DNA of 64,000 nt from Ramazzottius varieornatus (lineage: Eukaryota > Animalia > Tardigrada). The stretch is from assembly GCA_001949185.1 (NCBI GenBank), contig BDGG01000001.1, forward strand, positions 572,128 through 636,127, in the 5' to 3' direction. The notes under the pieces are model-generated. The model had not been told where the DNA came from. It searched no databases and saw only the letters and a program-made list of their open reading frames with translations. How positions within the stretch are numbered: position 1 is the first letter of the stretch; every line of letters begins with the position of its first letter. The position numbers and the translations under genes are program-made. Below are positions 23,851 to 36,101 of the stretch, one piece after another.

Positions 23851-24451
23851 CCGCTGATACCATATTATGTAGATCATGGATTAAATGATTGTACAGTAAT
23901 CCCGACTAGTGCCGGGCGCAGAAAATCAGGGTAATTGTACAGGATTAGCGCCCCCCGCGAGCCATGGAGGTCTTGTGACGTCCGAGCAGTCAAATTTGCC
24001 CGTTGATTGGACGCCACACGACCACCGTACATCCATACTGTACATCAGCAGAGAGCGCTAACCCTGCCCACTAACCCCCTGACTTTCTGCGCGCGGCACT
24101 AATCTCGGCCATCGCCACATTCGAAGAAGGTGACCTGATATGGCTGCCCGTACGGAGAAGATCGTCAAATTGTTCCCGCGTCCCACAGCTGGGAAAAAAA
24201 GCTGGATGTTTCCGCCTACCTTCAGATAGCACTTTTCCAGCAGTGCTATTCGTTGGCACTGTACCTGTTCGATACGCCTCGGTTATGAGACCCTACAACA
24301 TCCTTTTGTGGTGAACGTAGGCTACGTGGTTTTTTTGAAATACAACTCCAAACGGGCAGAAAAAGTTGCAGTTTTTCGTCTTCGTTCTTGCTGCATTGGT
24401 CGTGCTTTTTTGAAATTGTTCTGTCCTTCCACTTTCGAACACATACCGGTC

Positions 24452-25620
24452 ATGAACTTTACGGACCGAAGGATCCAACTGTCCAACAGCTAAACTTAAC
24501 CAAGGAGAACCGCAGCAACGTAGCCTACCACTACGAGCCAGTTCAAGGTTCCTGGACTTTCACCCCATCCTTCACCCTTTTTACTATTATCGCCGGCACA
24601 GCGGCTAATCTGTCAGTCCTCCGCCTTTTCTTCAAACGACCCACCCTCCGGACCCCCTTTGGTACGTACTTGATCAACCTGCTCATCGCCAACATTGTTA
24701 TGTCCTGCGCTCTGGAACCACTTAACCTGATACTACGCTACTACTCGGCTTGGACACTGGGGTATCACGCATGCGTCCTCCTTCAGTACGTGGGCTGGAC
24801 CATACTGGACACTACCATCTTTTCGCACTTTCTCATCGCTGTCAACCGTCGTCATCTTTCCCGTGTCCGACCGTATGAAACACACGGTCAAGGTGGCCCT
24901 TATAATTTGCACTACGTGGTGGATCGTCATCAACGCTTGCTTCATCCCAACAGTTGTTACTATTACCTATGTGACCGAGCCCTACGTTGACGGAAAGACA
25001 ACGGTGCTCACTGAATACTGCGCCGATCGGTGTATGGGGTCCAATCTTACAGATTGTCTTTTACGACCTACCCATCTTACTGGTATTTCTGCTTTAACCC
25101 GTCATCTGCCATAAGTCGTTTTTTGGCACTCGTAAGCACAGAAAATTTTATGCTGGAAACGGCACCTCTTTTGGGAAAAGTCAACGCGGACTCAATCAAG
25201 CTACAAAAACCGTGGGAGAACCCACGGTTTCGGGCGCGGCGGTGTTGGCTATGGTGGCGACTAGTGAGAAACATAATAGTAAGCTTGGGTCTAATCAAGT
25301 AACGAGACCTGTGAGCGACTCTACGGGTGTGGCAGTACCGATTAACGTAGCCCGCACCAGAGACAAAACGGAGAGAAAATCAGGCAAATTTGTTGTAGAC
25401 CGCGCTATGGTAGTGCTCCAGGCTTCGTCACGTTAACTTTGATGACTCTGAGTGTGCTAGTGTCCCTGGCGCTCAACGAAGCTTACTTCACGCTGTTACT
25501 GGTGGTGAATACAGATGACACTGCTCTCTTTGAAGTCGTCAAAGTCATACAGTCGCTAACCATTATCTTTGATCCGCTGCTGGTTGTGCTGGCGAACCCG
25601 GAACTGAGAAAAACTCGTCC
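24452..25620 (+). pseudogene. Intronless rhodopsin-class GPCR pseudogene
   Basis: TM1 'AANLSVL', 'LRTPFGTYLINLLIAN', 'WTLGYHAC', 'LIAVNR', TM7 'IFDPLLVVLANPELRK'. The reading frame is split over several ORFs. Confidence 0.8.
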
Positions 25621-25907
25621 AAAAGGCGTTCGGGGGCTGACATGTGATGCTTCTTTGCCAGAAGCCAACATGATGACTTTGAAGATTGAACCTTTGTCCG
25701 CACTTCCAGGTATGTCGCAAATATTTTATGCGAAGGTGTTCAGCCCACATATCATTCGATATTCTCATGATATCGATGGGGCTACTGTTCAATATAGGGC
25801 AAAATTACCGACGTGGAGGGAAGGGCTCTATCAAGCGAAAACTGACACTCGGATGAGCATTATGTACACATGACGGGTAGGGGGATCAAAGAGCCTTTGG
25901 CAACGAG

Positions 25908-28487
25908 TCAAAAATCGCGAAAGACGTCAAGCTGTTCGGCTGGTACCGGGAGATCCTCTTCGTCAAGCCATCCTTCATCGTAATCGTCGAAGTTGCTGGC
26001 GTCGCCCGGATGTCGAACTTGTGGAATGTTTGGCGGCTGTCAAGAAACATCATTCATTTACCGACTATCGAGTATTTTCGAAAAGGTTTCACGCACCTGT
26101 ATTTCCCGATTCAGACAGCTGGTCCAGTTCACTGACCGAAACCATCGATGAGCTTTGATATCTTCTGCACCATTCTGCAGAAACAGTGCGATCGTGATAC
26201 TTCACTACTTAGGTTTGGTTAAATTGCGCCATACGATATTGTATTTTACCTTCATGTTTCCTAAACGTTTGGTCCGGTCCGCAGCCAGTAATTTCTTTAT
26301 GAGATCTCTGTAAAGCAGAACACACTTTTTGCTAAATATAGTATTTAGGTAATGCTCAGGACTCTGACGGTTCTCACTTTGCTACAAGGTCGAAAGTCTT
26401 TGGCCAACGGACTTTGCCATCGAGTATTTTCTGATAAATTTCAATAGGGTTCTCTGAAAAGAAGGGCGGATGTCCGGCCATCATCTCGTACAACAAAATG
26501 CCGAAAGCCCAATAGTCAACAGCTTTGTTGTATCCTCGACTTTGAATGATTTCCGGTGCCAGGTACTCCGGTGTGCCTACAAGACAGACAGCTCTGTTAA
26601 TTGCTCATTCTCTGGGCTTGAGTAGCTAACAAAGAATTTCCATTGAGGAATGCATACGAGTACCGCAAAGTGTCCACGCTCGATCGACCAGATACTTTGC
26701 AAAGCCGAAGTCGGTAATCTTGACATGGCCGCTTTGGTCAAAGATGACGTTTTCTGGCTTGAGATCACGATACACTATGGATAATGAGTGAAGGTATTCC
26801 AAGGCCAGAAGAATCTCGCTGGCATAAAACAGAGCCGTGGCGCTGTTGAACCTTCCTACACCTCTCAGGTACGTAAAAAGTTCCCCGCCTGAAAAGATAG
26901 AAATTAAGCTCCAAAACCATCCACACTATAACTTATAGCATACAACTAACCTGCTGCAAACTCCATCAACATGTATAAGTTACAGGTATCGTGATGAGTC
27001 CAATGCCTGTGGAAAAACAAGGAAAAACGTGAGCCATTAAAGTGAAAGAAGGATTAGTACGAAGATGTTGAACTACGCCACCTACAGACGAACGATGAAA
27101 GGATGTATGAGACTTTGCAGGATGGATTTCTCGTTCTGGATATGTTCGACTTGCTTCAACCGGAAGATATCCGCAATTCGTAAAATCTTCATGGCGTAGT
27201 AGGATTTCTCTTTGGGTTTTTTCGTTAAAGCATCCTGGTCGTCGTCGGCCACTCGTACGCAAAGTACCACCCTTCCGAAAGTGCCGGTACCTGCACCATC
27301 GGAAATTCCAGAAACACGCATTAGTTATCGAAAAATAGCTATTTATCTCTACGTTCTCGAAAGGCGGTGTTTTTTGTGCTGACTGCGATGGGTAACCGGA
27401 GAGCAGTATGTGGAATGGTGATGCTCAATTTCGAGGCACGCACACTTGCTCGCTCGCCTACACGTGTAACCGCAGCCGCTACACTTCAACGTTACTGACT
27501 GACATTACGGCTTGTTAAAGAAGAGCAAAACTGTTTGTCAACAGGGCAAGAAGTCAGTAGCAAAGTCAGCGCAACTCCTGCTAATGAGCTTGTCTGGCTG
27601 TTTTCACATCAAACGCTGCAGACGCTGGCTGACGTCATTGCCAACTACTCACTGTCAATTAAAATCCAGAAGCCTACAAACACACACGCCGATCGAAGCT
27701 AATAACAAAAAGCAAACTCATTCGTGATTCATTATCTATGGCCAATTATGCATTTGCGCAAAGTTTCGGAATTCGGCAACCACGTACGTGGTTTCACTGA
27801 AATATACCGCTGATATGCTACGGTAAATTATGGGCATTGTTTGCCACGAGTCTACTCACCGATAGTTTTCACCCAGCGAAACTGGTCCAGACTAAAGGCA
27901 GTCTTCGGCTGGGTAATTTCCGCACTGGTACCGACCAGTTGAGTAGTATCCCGTCGACGTCGATTTCGAGGAGTAGCAGGCACCGGTACATCCCCCACCT
28001 TATCCTTGGAACTGTGAGACGGAACGAAAAGCAGTGCCTCGGCAGCCACCGTGCTGATTTCTTCAGGAACTCCAATATCAGTCAACGTTGAACTTGCCTC
28101 TGCTGCTGCGTGAGTTTTCGCGTGTTTAGGAACGAAAGCGAACTGGACGGTGACGTTATCAACAGGCGAGAGTGCCAAACGAGGCACCAATTGACCTACC
28201 ACCTGCGGGCTTGTGGCTTCTACCGACTGCCAGCTGACGTGGGGCTGTGGCTTCTTGACGGCACTGAGCTTCAGTTTAGCAGGCCCTGGGGGCTGCCCAG
28301 AAGTGCTGTTGCCCTGGCTAATTTTCAGCTTGGATCTGAGACCCAGTTGGAGCGTGCTTTCCACCGCATCGTCTTTCTCTTCAGAAGCGCTCGCGGGCAG
28401 GAAGGACGAGGAAGTCCGTCGGGAACTGCCCGGTCGCTTGATGGAGGGAATGGTTAAAGATGCACTAGTAACAGCTTCTTCCACCAT
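25908..28487 (-). CDS. PRKX: cAMP-dependent protein kinase catalytic subunit, PRKX/PKA-C3-like (about 8 exons)
   Basis: 'IG|TGTFGRV', 'YAMKIL', '[11 protein letters not shown]', 'GELFTYLR', 'YRDLKPEN', 'KITDFGFAK', 'WTLC|GTPEYLAPE', '[10 protein letters not shown]|[12 protein letters not shown]', '[11 protein letters not shown]'. Stop at 25908-25910. Confidence 0.9.
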
Positions 28488-30440
28488 TGTCGAAGGATAT
28501 ATAAATCAAAGCTCCCGATAGATAAACATTGGTAATTTTTCCATTAACAGATTTCATACAGGGCTGATGATCGAGAGAGATTTCGACTGCTGCTTGCGGT
28601 TGGCTTGGTTTTCAAACACTGCGATAAAAGTTTGGTGGCTGGGAATGGAAGTAAACTACTTGGAGCATATCTCAGTAGAAGCTGACTGCGGCGTGAAAAG
28701 GACTCACGGAAGTATGTGCATGGCGCGAAGGGTAAGGAATTCCGAAGTCAATGGAAGCACTTGCTGCTGTCAGCGTTCTTCTTGAAAAGTGGTGCTGTAC
28801 GTACCCCAAGCTGCATCTGTCACGAAAAACGATACTCCGAGCTCTGGCTAATTTTAAATATCCCTGTCGATGGGCCAAGGGGAAAGACTACACCGTGAGC
28901 GCGTGTGTACGTGTCAAGTTGACGTTTCGAAGAGGAAAGGAAGAACTGGGCGTAAAAATAACTTCTAATTATTTGCTGGTCGGCAAGAAGCTGTTAAGTT
29001 GCTCACTTCTGACAGTGACAAGAAAACTCAAAGAAGAAGGATACGTGATCGATACAAGAAACTAAACAAGTAAAAAATGCAGGCTGGGACATTTTTATGC
29101 GAAGAATGGGACGGAATAGGGCGACAAACTGGGATGAGCAAACAATTTAATTATCTTTGTGAAAAGTGGCGGTAAGTGCAGACAGAGCGAATGTCGTGTC
29201 CACTCTGCGTTTGAGACGGTTCTCGTAGTTGGAAGATATTTCACGCAAGATGGCGCTGTCAGTAAGCCTTGGCTCATACTGCGGCACGCGGGCGTAAAAG
29301 TCCGAGAAACAAGAGATTCTGCCTATTAAGGACGGTTGTTCGCAACTGGTCGATGACCATGGAAGCAGCAGCGCTTTGGTTGATTGATTAGTTTTGCTGG
29401 CGGCTCCCGCTTTCGACCGGTGGCCGGAAATTTTGTCCAGGCCGGTAATTAGGCCAGATGCGTGTACTCAACTAAAGGCCAATAATGCTAAATGTCGAAA
29501 AATCGGTCGAACAGTAACTGAACAAACTATATCCGGGGCACAAGGATCTCTCAGCTGGTTCCTTTTGTCAGACAATGGCTGCAAACGGTAGTGGTGAGCT
29601 TGTCCACAACTACAGCACAAAAAGCGACAGCTGCCTGCGACCACACCGTAAGTCCTGCGTCTTGATTCTCCTTCAGTGGAATCGCAGTCTCCCTTGTCAT
29701 TGCTCCAAAGACGGCTGACTCTTGAAAATTCTACTGTTGCAGGGCCCGTCAAGAGCGCCTGGTGTAAAACGAGATGCGGAAAATTCGTAAACACGTGTAA
29801 ACCTCCTCCATTCAGAGTTCAGACCGCTGATTTTGTCCAACCTGCGGTAAAAGTATGCGGAAGTGACGGAATCAAGCGGGGCTATATGGCTATGGTTAGG
29901 ATGGCCTTTGCTCTAATGGAGTTCTTGTTGAGTTTTCCCTGACACGTTTGCTTTGCTACTGACCCTTGACATTTGAGCACAGTGAACTTCCTATCCATGT
30001 CTCTCGCTAATTTCCGGATTAAATAGATAATTAGTCGGCTGTGCGGCTTGATGGCCTAGCAACTGAACGTTATCATGTGGCACTCGTATATTTGCTGGTG
30101 TGATATAAGGAGCTAGTATATCACAATTCATTCCCTTTGCCTCACATGACATGAAATAACCAACTCATCTCACGCCGTACTCCCCCCCCATGCATGCTTG
30201 CGTTTCTGGCTATTAGACCTGCTTGTTTTGTTTGCTGGACCCTGGTTTGTCTACTGCAAAAGATAGATCGTCGAACTGTTACCTCAGTTTACTTCTCAGC
30301 TTCTCTTAACAGCCGTGAGAGGAGTTATTGCCGGTTGACGTTCTGACTGTCTCACGGGATGCATTTTGGCATTTGCTGTAGGGTCGTAGTATTGTACGAG
30401 TCTGTTTGCTCTTAACAAAAACAAACATGAGACGTGTAAT

Positions 30441-31156
30441 GTGCAATGGATTCTTTGGAAGCGTGTTCTACTGGTTGCAGTGATCCTCTTCAGCCTCACC
30501 TCATGTAAAGCCTTCGACGAGACTTTTCCGTATGGCGAATCGTATGACTATTCGATAGGACCCAACTATCCATGGCTCGCCGATGCCAACAGGCAAGGCG
30601 AAAACTTCACATGGAATGCAACTGGTAACCCTGCCTACGAATGTGTCGCGCAAACGACAAAGGAAATGACAGCAAAGCTGCAAAATTGTTTCAACACGTG
30701 GATCTTTCAAAGAGACCAGGATCATTATTCCTTCGGGTCGTTCAAACGTACAGTGGTGTGCCAACCTTCGTCCGGCGTTGGTCTTTGTTCCGTCCAGTAC
30801 GGAGGTACGTCATGGATAATTATAAATCGGGGCGAAACGTTTTCTTAGCGTACTTCACCGTCATGTAATGCTTTGCAGAAGTTATATCACCAAGACGGGT
30901 GAAGAATAGATGCGAGAGCATAATAGACGACGCCCTTGGCAGCAGGGAGTATTTGGAGAACTGCAAAGAGTTAATGTTGATCAAGACAGCCGTAGACTGC
31001 GTCTGCACACGGCGAGAATGCAAAGCACCACCTGCCAGGGTTCAGAACGCAAGTCAGATCAGTCCAACTGCTGCTCTATGCGGATGTAGTCGAATAACGC
31101 AGAGTTTTATCACATTGCTTTGTGCCGTCCTTCCTTTGATGAAATTTTTCGGCTAA
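30441..31156 (+). CDS. Ly6/uPAR/quiver-like Cys-rich, probably GPI-anchored protein (start exon uncertain)
   Basis: Hydrophobic signal-like segment ending 'SCKA'; intron 30805-30878 is phase-consistent. Cys pattern YEC...C...C...C...C...C...CVC....C and a hydrophobic C-terminal tail. Confidence 0.6.
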
Positions 31157-32956
31157 TGTCCAGCGTTCCATTTTTACACAACACACATAATCCCGCTCTG
31201 CGAATCAAAACAGGTAGTTTTCTGTCAAATTTCTTACGCCTATGTGGATTTGTGGAGCTCTCAAAGCTAAGGCGTCCGCCAGAACGAACTGATTTGTTTA
31301 ACACCATGAGCACTGCGCGATTTCGTGCTTTCAGAATACATCCGGGAAAGTCACTTTCGCCTTGTTTTAACTGGTTAAAACTTGGGGGCGGTGCCAGATT
31401 AGACCAATCACTACCTCAGCGATTGGCCAAAATTTTGGAATATGATGTGGAGTGCGCCACCTGCCAACTCGAAACGGCCAGGCTTCAAAGTTTTTTAATG
31501 ACCACTGGGCAGATCTTTACACAAATCTGAAACTGTCGCAAGATACTAGAACTTTTGGGCTCACGCAACAATTATTTTGGTGACTCTGGACTAACTGAGA
31601 GCCTGGCTGGAAAGTAATTTGCTAGCTACGCCGACATCCCGTTAAGAAAGGTAAACAATTCCACACAGGTTTCCACACGTCGCACACCAACTTACGGCCA
31701 TTCTTCCACGAAACTAGGCCATGTCATCTGGGTGTCTCTTGTCCGTCCGGAAGATTTCAGGAGGTTCAAGGATGGCAGGGATCTGGGCTGACGTCAGGGT
31801 ACGCTTAGTCGTTCAATGCGCTATGCCGACTGTGGCGACCACCACTGTTCTTACAGTACAACTAAGACCGAGCTGGGCATTCTCATCCACCTTCGCACCA
31901 CAGCGACATGAGGACGACACAGCTTGGCACCCAAACGTAAACCAACGCTGATGCGAAGGGCAAAGTCAGACTGCTGTTGCAGTCTGGTGTAGTGGTGTAT
32001 CAAACATCGAGGAACATGATTCTGAAGTCCCTAATGACCAGTGGTCAGATGACTTCGTCAAACAAGTCTGAAGTGATTCGAAGTTTCGACTGACAAAGTT
32101 TTGGCGTCGCAACGACGTCATACAGCCCGAATGTGCGTCTGCATCTGTTCTGACAATAAACCCCCATGTGGGGATGCTTCAGCTACTGATTACCCCTACA
32201 TTTTTCGGCAAAATCTTCTCAGAAGGGCGAACATTCTGTGAAACTTCTATCGGTGACGAAGCGTGGCGGCTCTATAACGCAATGCCCTTTAGTATTCCGA
32301 ACAATCCGAAATCAAAAACAGCACTTTGGAAGTAAGAATATTCGTGTCAAAATTGGGTCGCCGAGACCCATATGGCGCCGCTGCTCGCTTGTCGATGACG
32401 TAAAAAGTTTCGTTTCTAATTATGTGCGCATGCTACTCGCAGTAGGATGAGCGCTGGAGTTCGGAAAGACACAGTCCATTCGCTTAATGTGTACACTGCT
32501 ATTCGACTTTAAAATTTCAAAACCACCGTAAACACAGGAGCGTTCGTCATAAACATGCCTGGTTGTTTGTTCACTCACGCAGCGGACGCTCATAGTGGAA
32601 AACAATGGTTGATTGTCATTCAGACTGGTTTTTGTGAGCTGTTGACGTCACTTTCTTCCGTTTTTGGTAACCTACATGTTTGACTGGTGCCAAACAGAAA
32701 TCGAAGAGCGTTGTACACATCTTGAGCAAGTGGACTGTACTGTAAATAAACGCAGCATCCGCGCAGTACCGTATTCGCGAATATTTCGTGTAGTCAAGTG
32801 CCTGCCCGTAAATCTTACCTGGCTGGGACAGAAAAGGACCTGTGTCTTCAGTCAAAACACTCGCCAACCAGTTACCATACGCTTTATTCTTCCGTGGAAG
32901 AATCTTCCACCGAACTGAAACTGCACTTAAAAGACCGCTCCAGATAATCAGGGCTA

Positions 32957-33326
32957 CGAGGAGAACATAGCGGACTTGTCAATGCAAAATCGCATGGCGA
33001 ACTTGTCAGCGTCGAATCTGACGAAGTACTCGGTCGTGTTGATTGCTTTTCGGTTTTCAGATAGAAGAAACCTTGCGGAATCTCACTGTACTGGCCCAGA
33101 AGCTAACGAGAATACAAGGAGTCTTTTGTCGGGACTAACAGGAAGAGGTTTCTCCAATGTTAAGAAGCCTGTGGGAAAATTTTCCAGTGAGCCGCCAGGG
33201 GCGTGCCTGTCACGCCCCATTAAGTCATAGTAGGTGAGGCAATAGGATGTGTCGCCACCGCGCGGCCTAAAAGCTGACAAGTGTGCCATGCAATTCTGCA
33301 TTGACAAGTCCGCTATGTTCTCCTCG
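32957..33326. mobile_element. MITE (370 bp), CGAGG-type TIR
   Basis: TIR of about 55 bp, cgaggagaacatagcggacttgtcaatgca... / ...tgcattgacaagtccgctatgttctcctcg, with TA flanks. Confidence 0.9.
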
Positions 33327-33519
33327 TATCCCAAATCTCTTCGATGGGCGACAATCAGGCAATCAATCCGCTGTAACAGTAAAATTCTCACAGGTGTAAT
33401 TACGGGTAATCCACGTGACTGCGCGAAACTTTCGCGGGAAAACAGTACGTCATCATTGTGCACGTGAAGTAAAGCCCGGATCTGCTTTCACGCATTGCCA
33501 ACCCTCTACAGGAGACGGA

Positions 33520-33632
33520 ATATTCTACCTCACGGAACAAGAGGCAGTTCATCACGTGCAGCAGGAGCTGAGTAAAAATTGCCCAGATTACGAGTGAAAA
33601 ACCACTTTGCCCGAATTATGTCGTTTACCTCG
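33520..33632 (+). mobile_element. Truncated copy of the MITE at 11119-14971
   Basis: Matches 11332-11388 joined directly to 14926-14971 and ends ...tttacctcgTA. Confidence 0.8.
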
Positions 33633-33968
33633 TACCCTTCTAGCCGGGAAATACTGTATCTGTTGCGCTCCGTATACATATTGGTCGCCGCGCATGTGCC
33701 GATCCGACTGGACCTTTCAAACCAGCGAGATTTTCGTTATGAAACTTGCTATCTACCAAACGAATAAAAAAACCAACGACTTCGTATTAGACTTATCCAG
33801 TCGCAGCAATGCATTGCTGCATGGTGACGCAGCAAAACATCATTCTTTTGACACATTCTTTGTCGAGTGGGTTGAAAACCGCTTCTCTGTTTTCCGCGAA
33901 CAAGTTTCATAAATGTGGAAAGAGCAAGTGTATCAAGACGCATCGGATTCTAGTATGCTCACTCAACA

Positions 33969-34035
33969 GAGCCACAATGAGCTTGATTGAACCCATTGAG
34001 CTTGATTGAGCCTCAATCAAGCCCATTGTGGCTCT
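33969..34035. repeat. Short inverted repeat
   Basis: agagccacaatgagcttgattga ... tcaatcaagcccattgtggctct. Confidence 0.7.
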
Positions 34036-34909
34036 ATCGTGCTAACTTCATAAAAACCATTTCAATCAGCCCGAGCGCAATGTAATAGTAACAACCTCTA
34101 TTCTGTCCGTCTGCTTTGCCAGGCATGGCGCTTAAAGGAAAAAATTGGAGAAAGGTGGCAAGAAAGCCGCAGAAAAAGAAAGCCATACAAAAGTACAGCA
34201 AAAACAGCTAAACAGTCAGCAGAGGATCGACAGAGTCCTTGCACCATTTCAAATCTGAAAATCTAAAACGCGACAGGAAGTTCTTGAAGCTACCGATAGA
34301 AAGCAGGTTCCCAGTCCCAGGACAGAAGACAGGATCTCTCAAGATTTCGGAAGCTACGTAGGCGAAAGAGGCAGTGGTAGAGTCTAAGAATTTACTGGAC
34401 GCGGAGGCGAAGCTTACGGGGACTAAAAGAAATTGTTTGGACTGGCTTCTCGTTGACCGACCAGACACTTCCATCTTCATGATCAGGTCGCCACCTGCAA
34501 ACAATCCCTTCCAGATCTTAAAAGCGTTCAGTAAAATACTTTGGAGGTTTACCGTTGGTTCTCTAAATTTGTTCGCGGAAAACAAAGAAGAGGTTTTTCA
34601 ACCCGTTCAACAAGGAATGATGCATTTACTGGGTCACCAACTCGTAAGATGGCGACTTGATAGTCGAATACGAACGAATTCGTTGGTTTTTTTATTAGTC
34701 TGGTATGTACAGTGTGGGCAAATAAGCTACTCTAAAAGGGGGCGGCAGTTATGGGCGTACGTCAAAGTACTATGGACCAATAGATAACATTCAGCGGCAA
34801 TTCAGTTGATGAAATTTGACCATAAAACCAGAAGGTCACAAACATAAAACACGAAACTATATGAGGTAAAACAAGAAAGTCGACCTGTAAAACTGAAATC
34901 ATGAGGTTA

Positions 34910-36101
34910 TTAAGGAATGCGAGCACCGGAATTATTAATACAATCAGTCATTCTATCAAACATCGAATTCACCAGGTTGCTGGAGTACTCGGGAGTCACG
35001 ATCGCTTTCCACGCTTCTTGGATAAGAGTGTCCAGCTCCACCAGATTTCTCGGTCTTCGGTCACAAATATACATATTCATTTTTCCCCAGACATTTTCGA
35101 TGACATTAAGATCCGGAGATCGTGAAGGCCATGTCAAAACCTAAGATAGACAGACTGTAGACTTATATATTCGAAAATACGTTCAAACTTTGATAAGTAA
35201 ACAATGTGAAATTTGATATGCGAAACTTACTTCTATTCCTTCCCGCCAAAAGAATTGCCCCATCTTTCTGGAAGTGTGGATTGGACATTTGTCTTGCTGA
35301 AATATCAGATCCCGTCCATGCTTATCCAAGAAAGGCAGCAGGCGCTCAAACAACGTGTCCTCATATACGTCAGAATTAATCCGACCACCTACCCTGATCA
35401 ACGCTACAGGTCCGGTCGCGGTGATAGCGCCCCACAGCATTATCTCGCCCTTGATACGAGTGGCAACAGGAACTTGCAAGTCCTTATCGTGACGATTCTC
35501 CCCTTTCAAATACCAGCACTAGAATAAATAGAATAAATAGAATAAATAGGATAAATAGAACAAATAGAATAAATAGAATAAATAGAATAAATAGAATAAA
35601 TATGATCACCTCAATCTTGCCACCATGCAAATTGAAACGGACTTCATCGCTGAAAATGACTTCGTGGAACATTGTAGGTTTCTCCAGAAGAAGCTCCCGC
35701 TGAATAAGGCACCAGAAGACGCGATTGTCCTTATGCTCCTGGGTGAGCTCATCCAGGACAGCTTTGGATCGGCGGGCCTTAAAATCGCGTAGACGGTTCA
35801 ATAGTGTCTTGCGACCCAGTCCAACTTCCACAGAAATCTTGGCGCCGCTAAGCTCTCGACTCGCCTGGACGAATCCCAACAAATCGGCGTCCTACTCAGT
35901 GGTCGTCGCACGAGGTCTTCCTTTTGGCTTGGCAACTTTGCGCTTTTTCGTTGATTCATCGTAATTAACGATGATATTCTGCACCCACTTGTAGCTCTTT
36001 CCCACGAGCCGTCCAACTGCGCTGTGATTCCTGTTGTTTTGTGCAGAACACCTGAAAACAAGACCAACAAGGTCTGGATCGACAGGCTTTCCTGGTGCCA
36101 T
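34910..36101 (-). pseudogene. Tc1 transposase (DD34E), two introns, one in-frame stop
   Basis: 'GRPRATT', 'IFSDEVRF', 'IMLWGAI', 'FQQDKCPIH', 'WPSRSPDLNVIENVW'. D-to-E spacing is 34 after splicing. TAG at 35892-35894. Confidence 0.9.
35521..35601. repeat. 9-bp tandem repeat (AGAATAAAT) x9 filling transposase intron 1
   Basis: Directly visible; the intron spans 35519-35609. Confidence 0.9.

Noticed and set aside
35484-35882. ORF with a hydrophobic 'ILFILFILF' transmembrane-like stretch
   Set aside because: Read-through of a microsatellite-filled intron in the Tc1 transposase.
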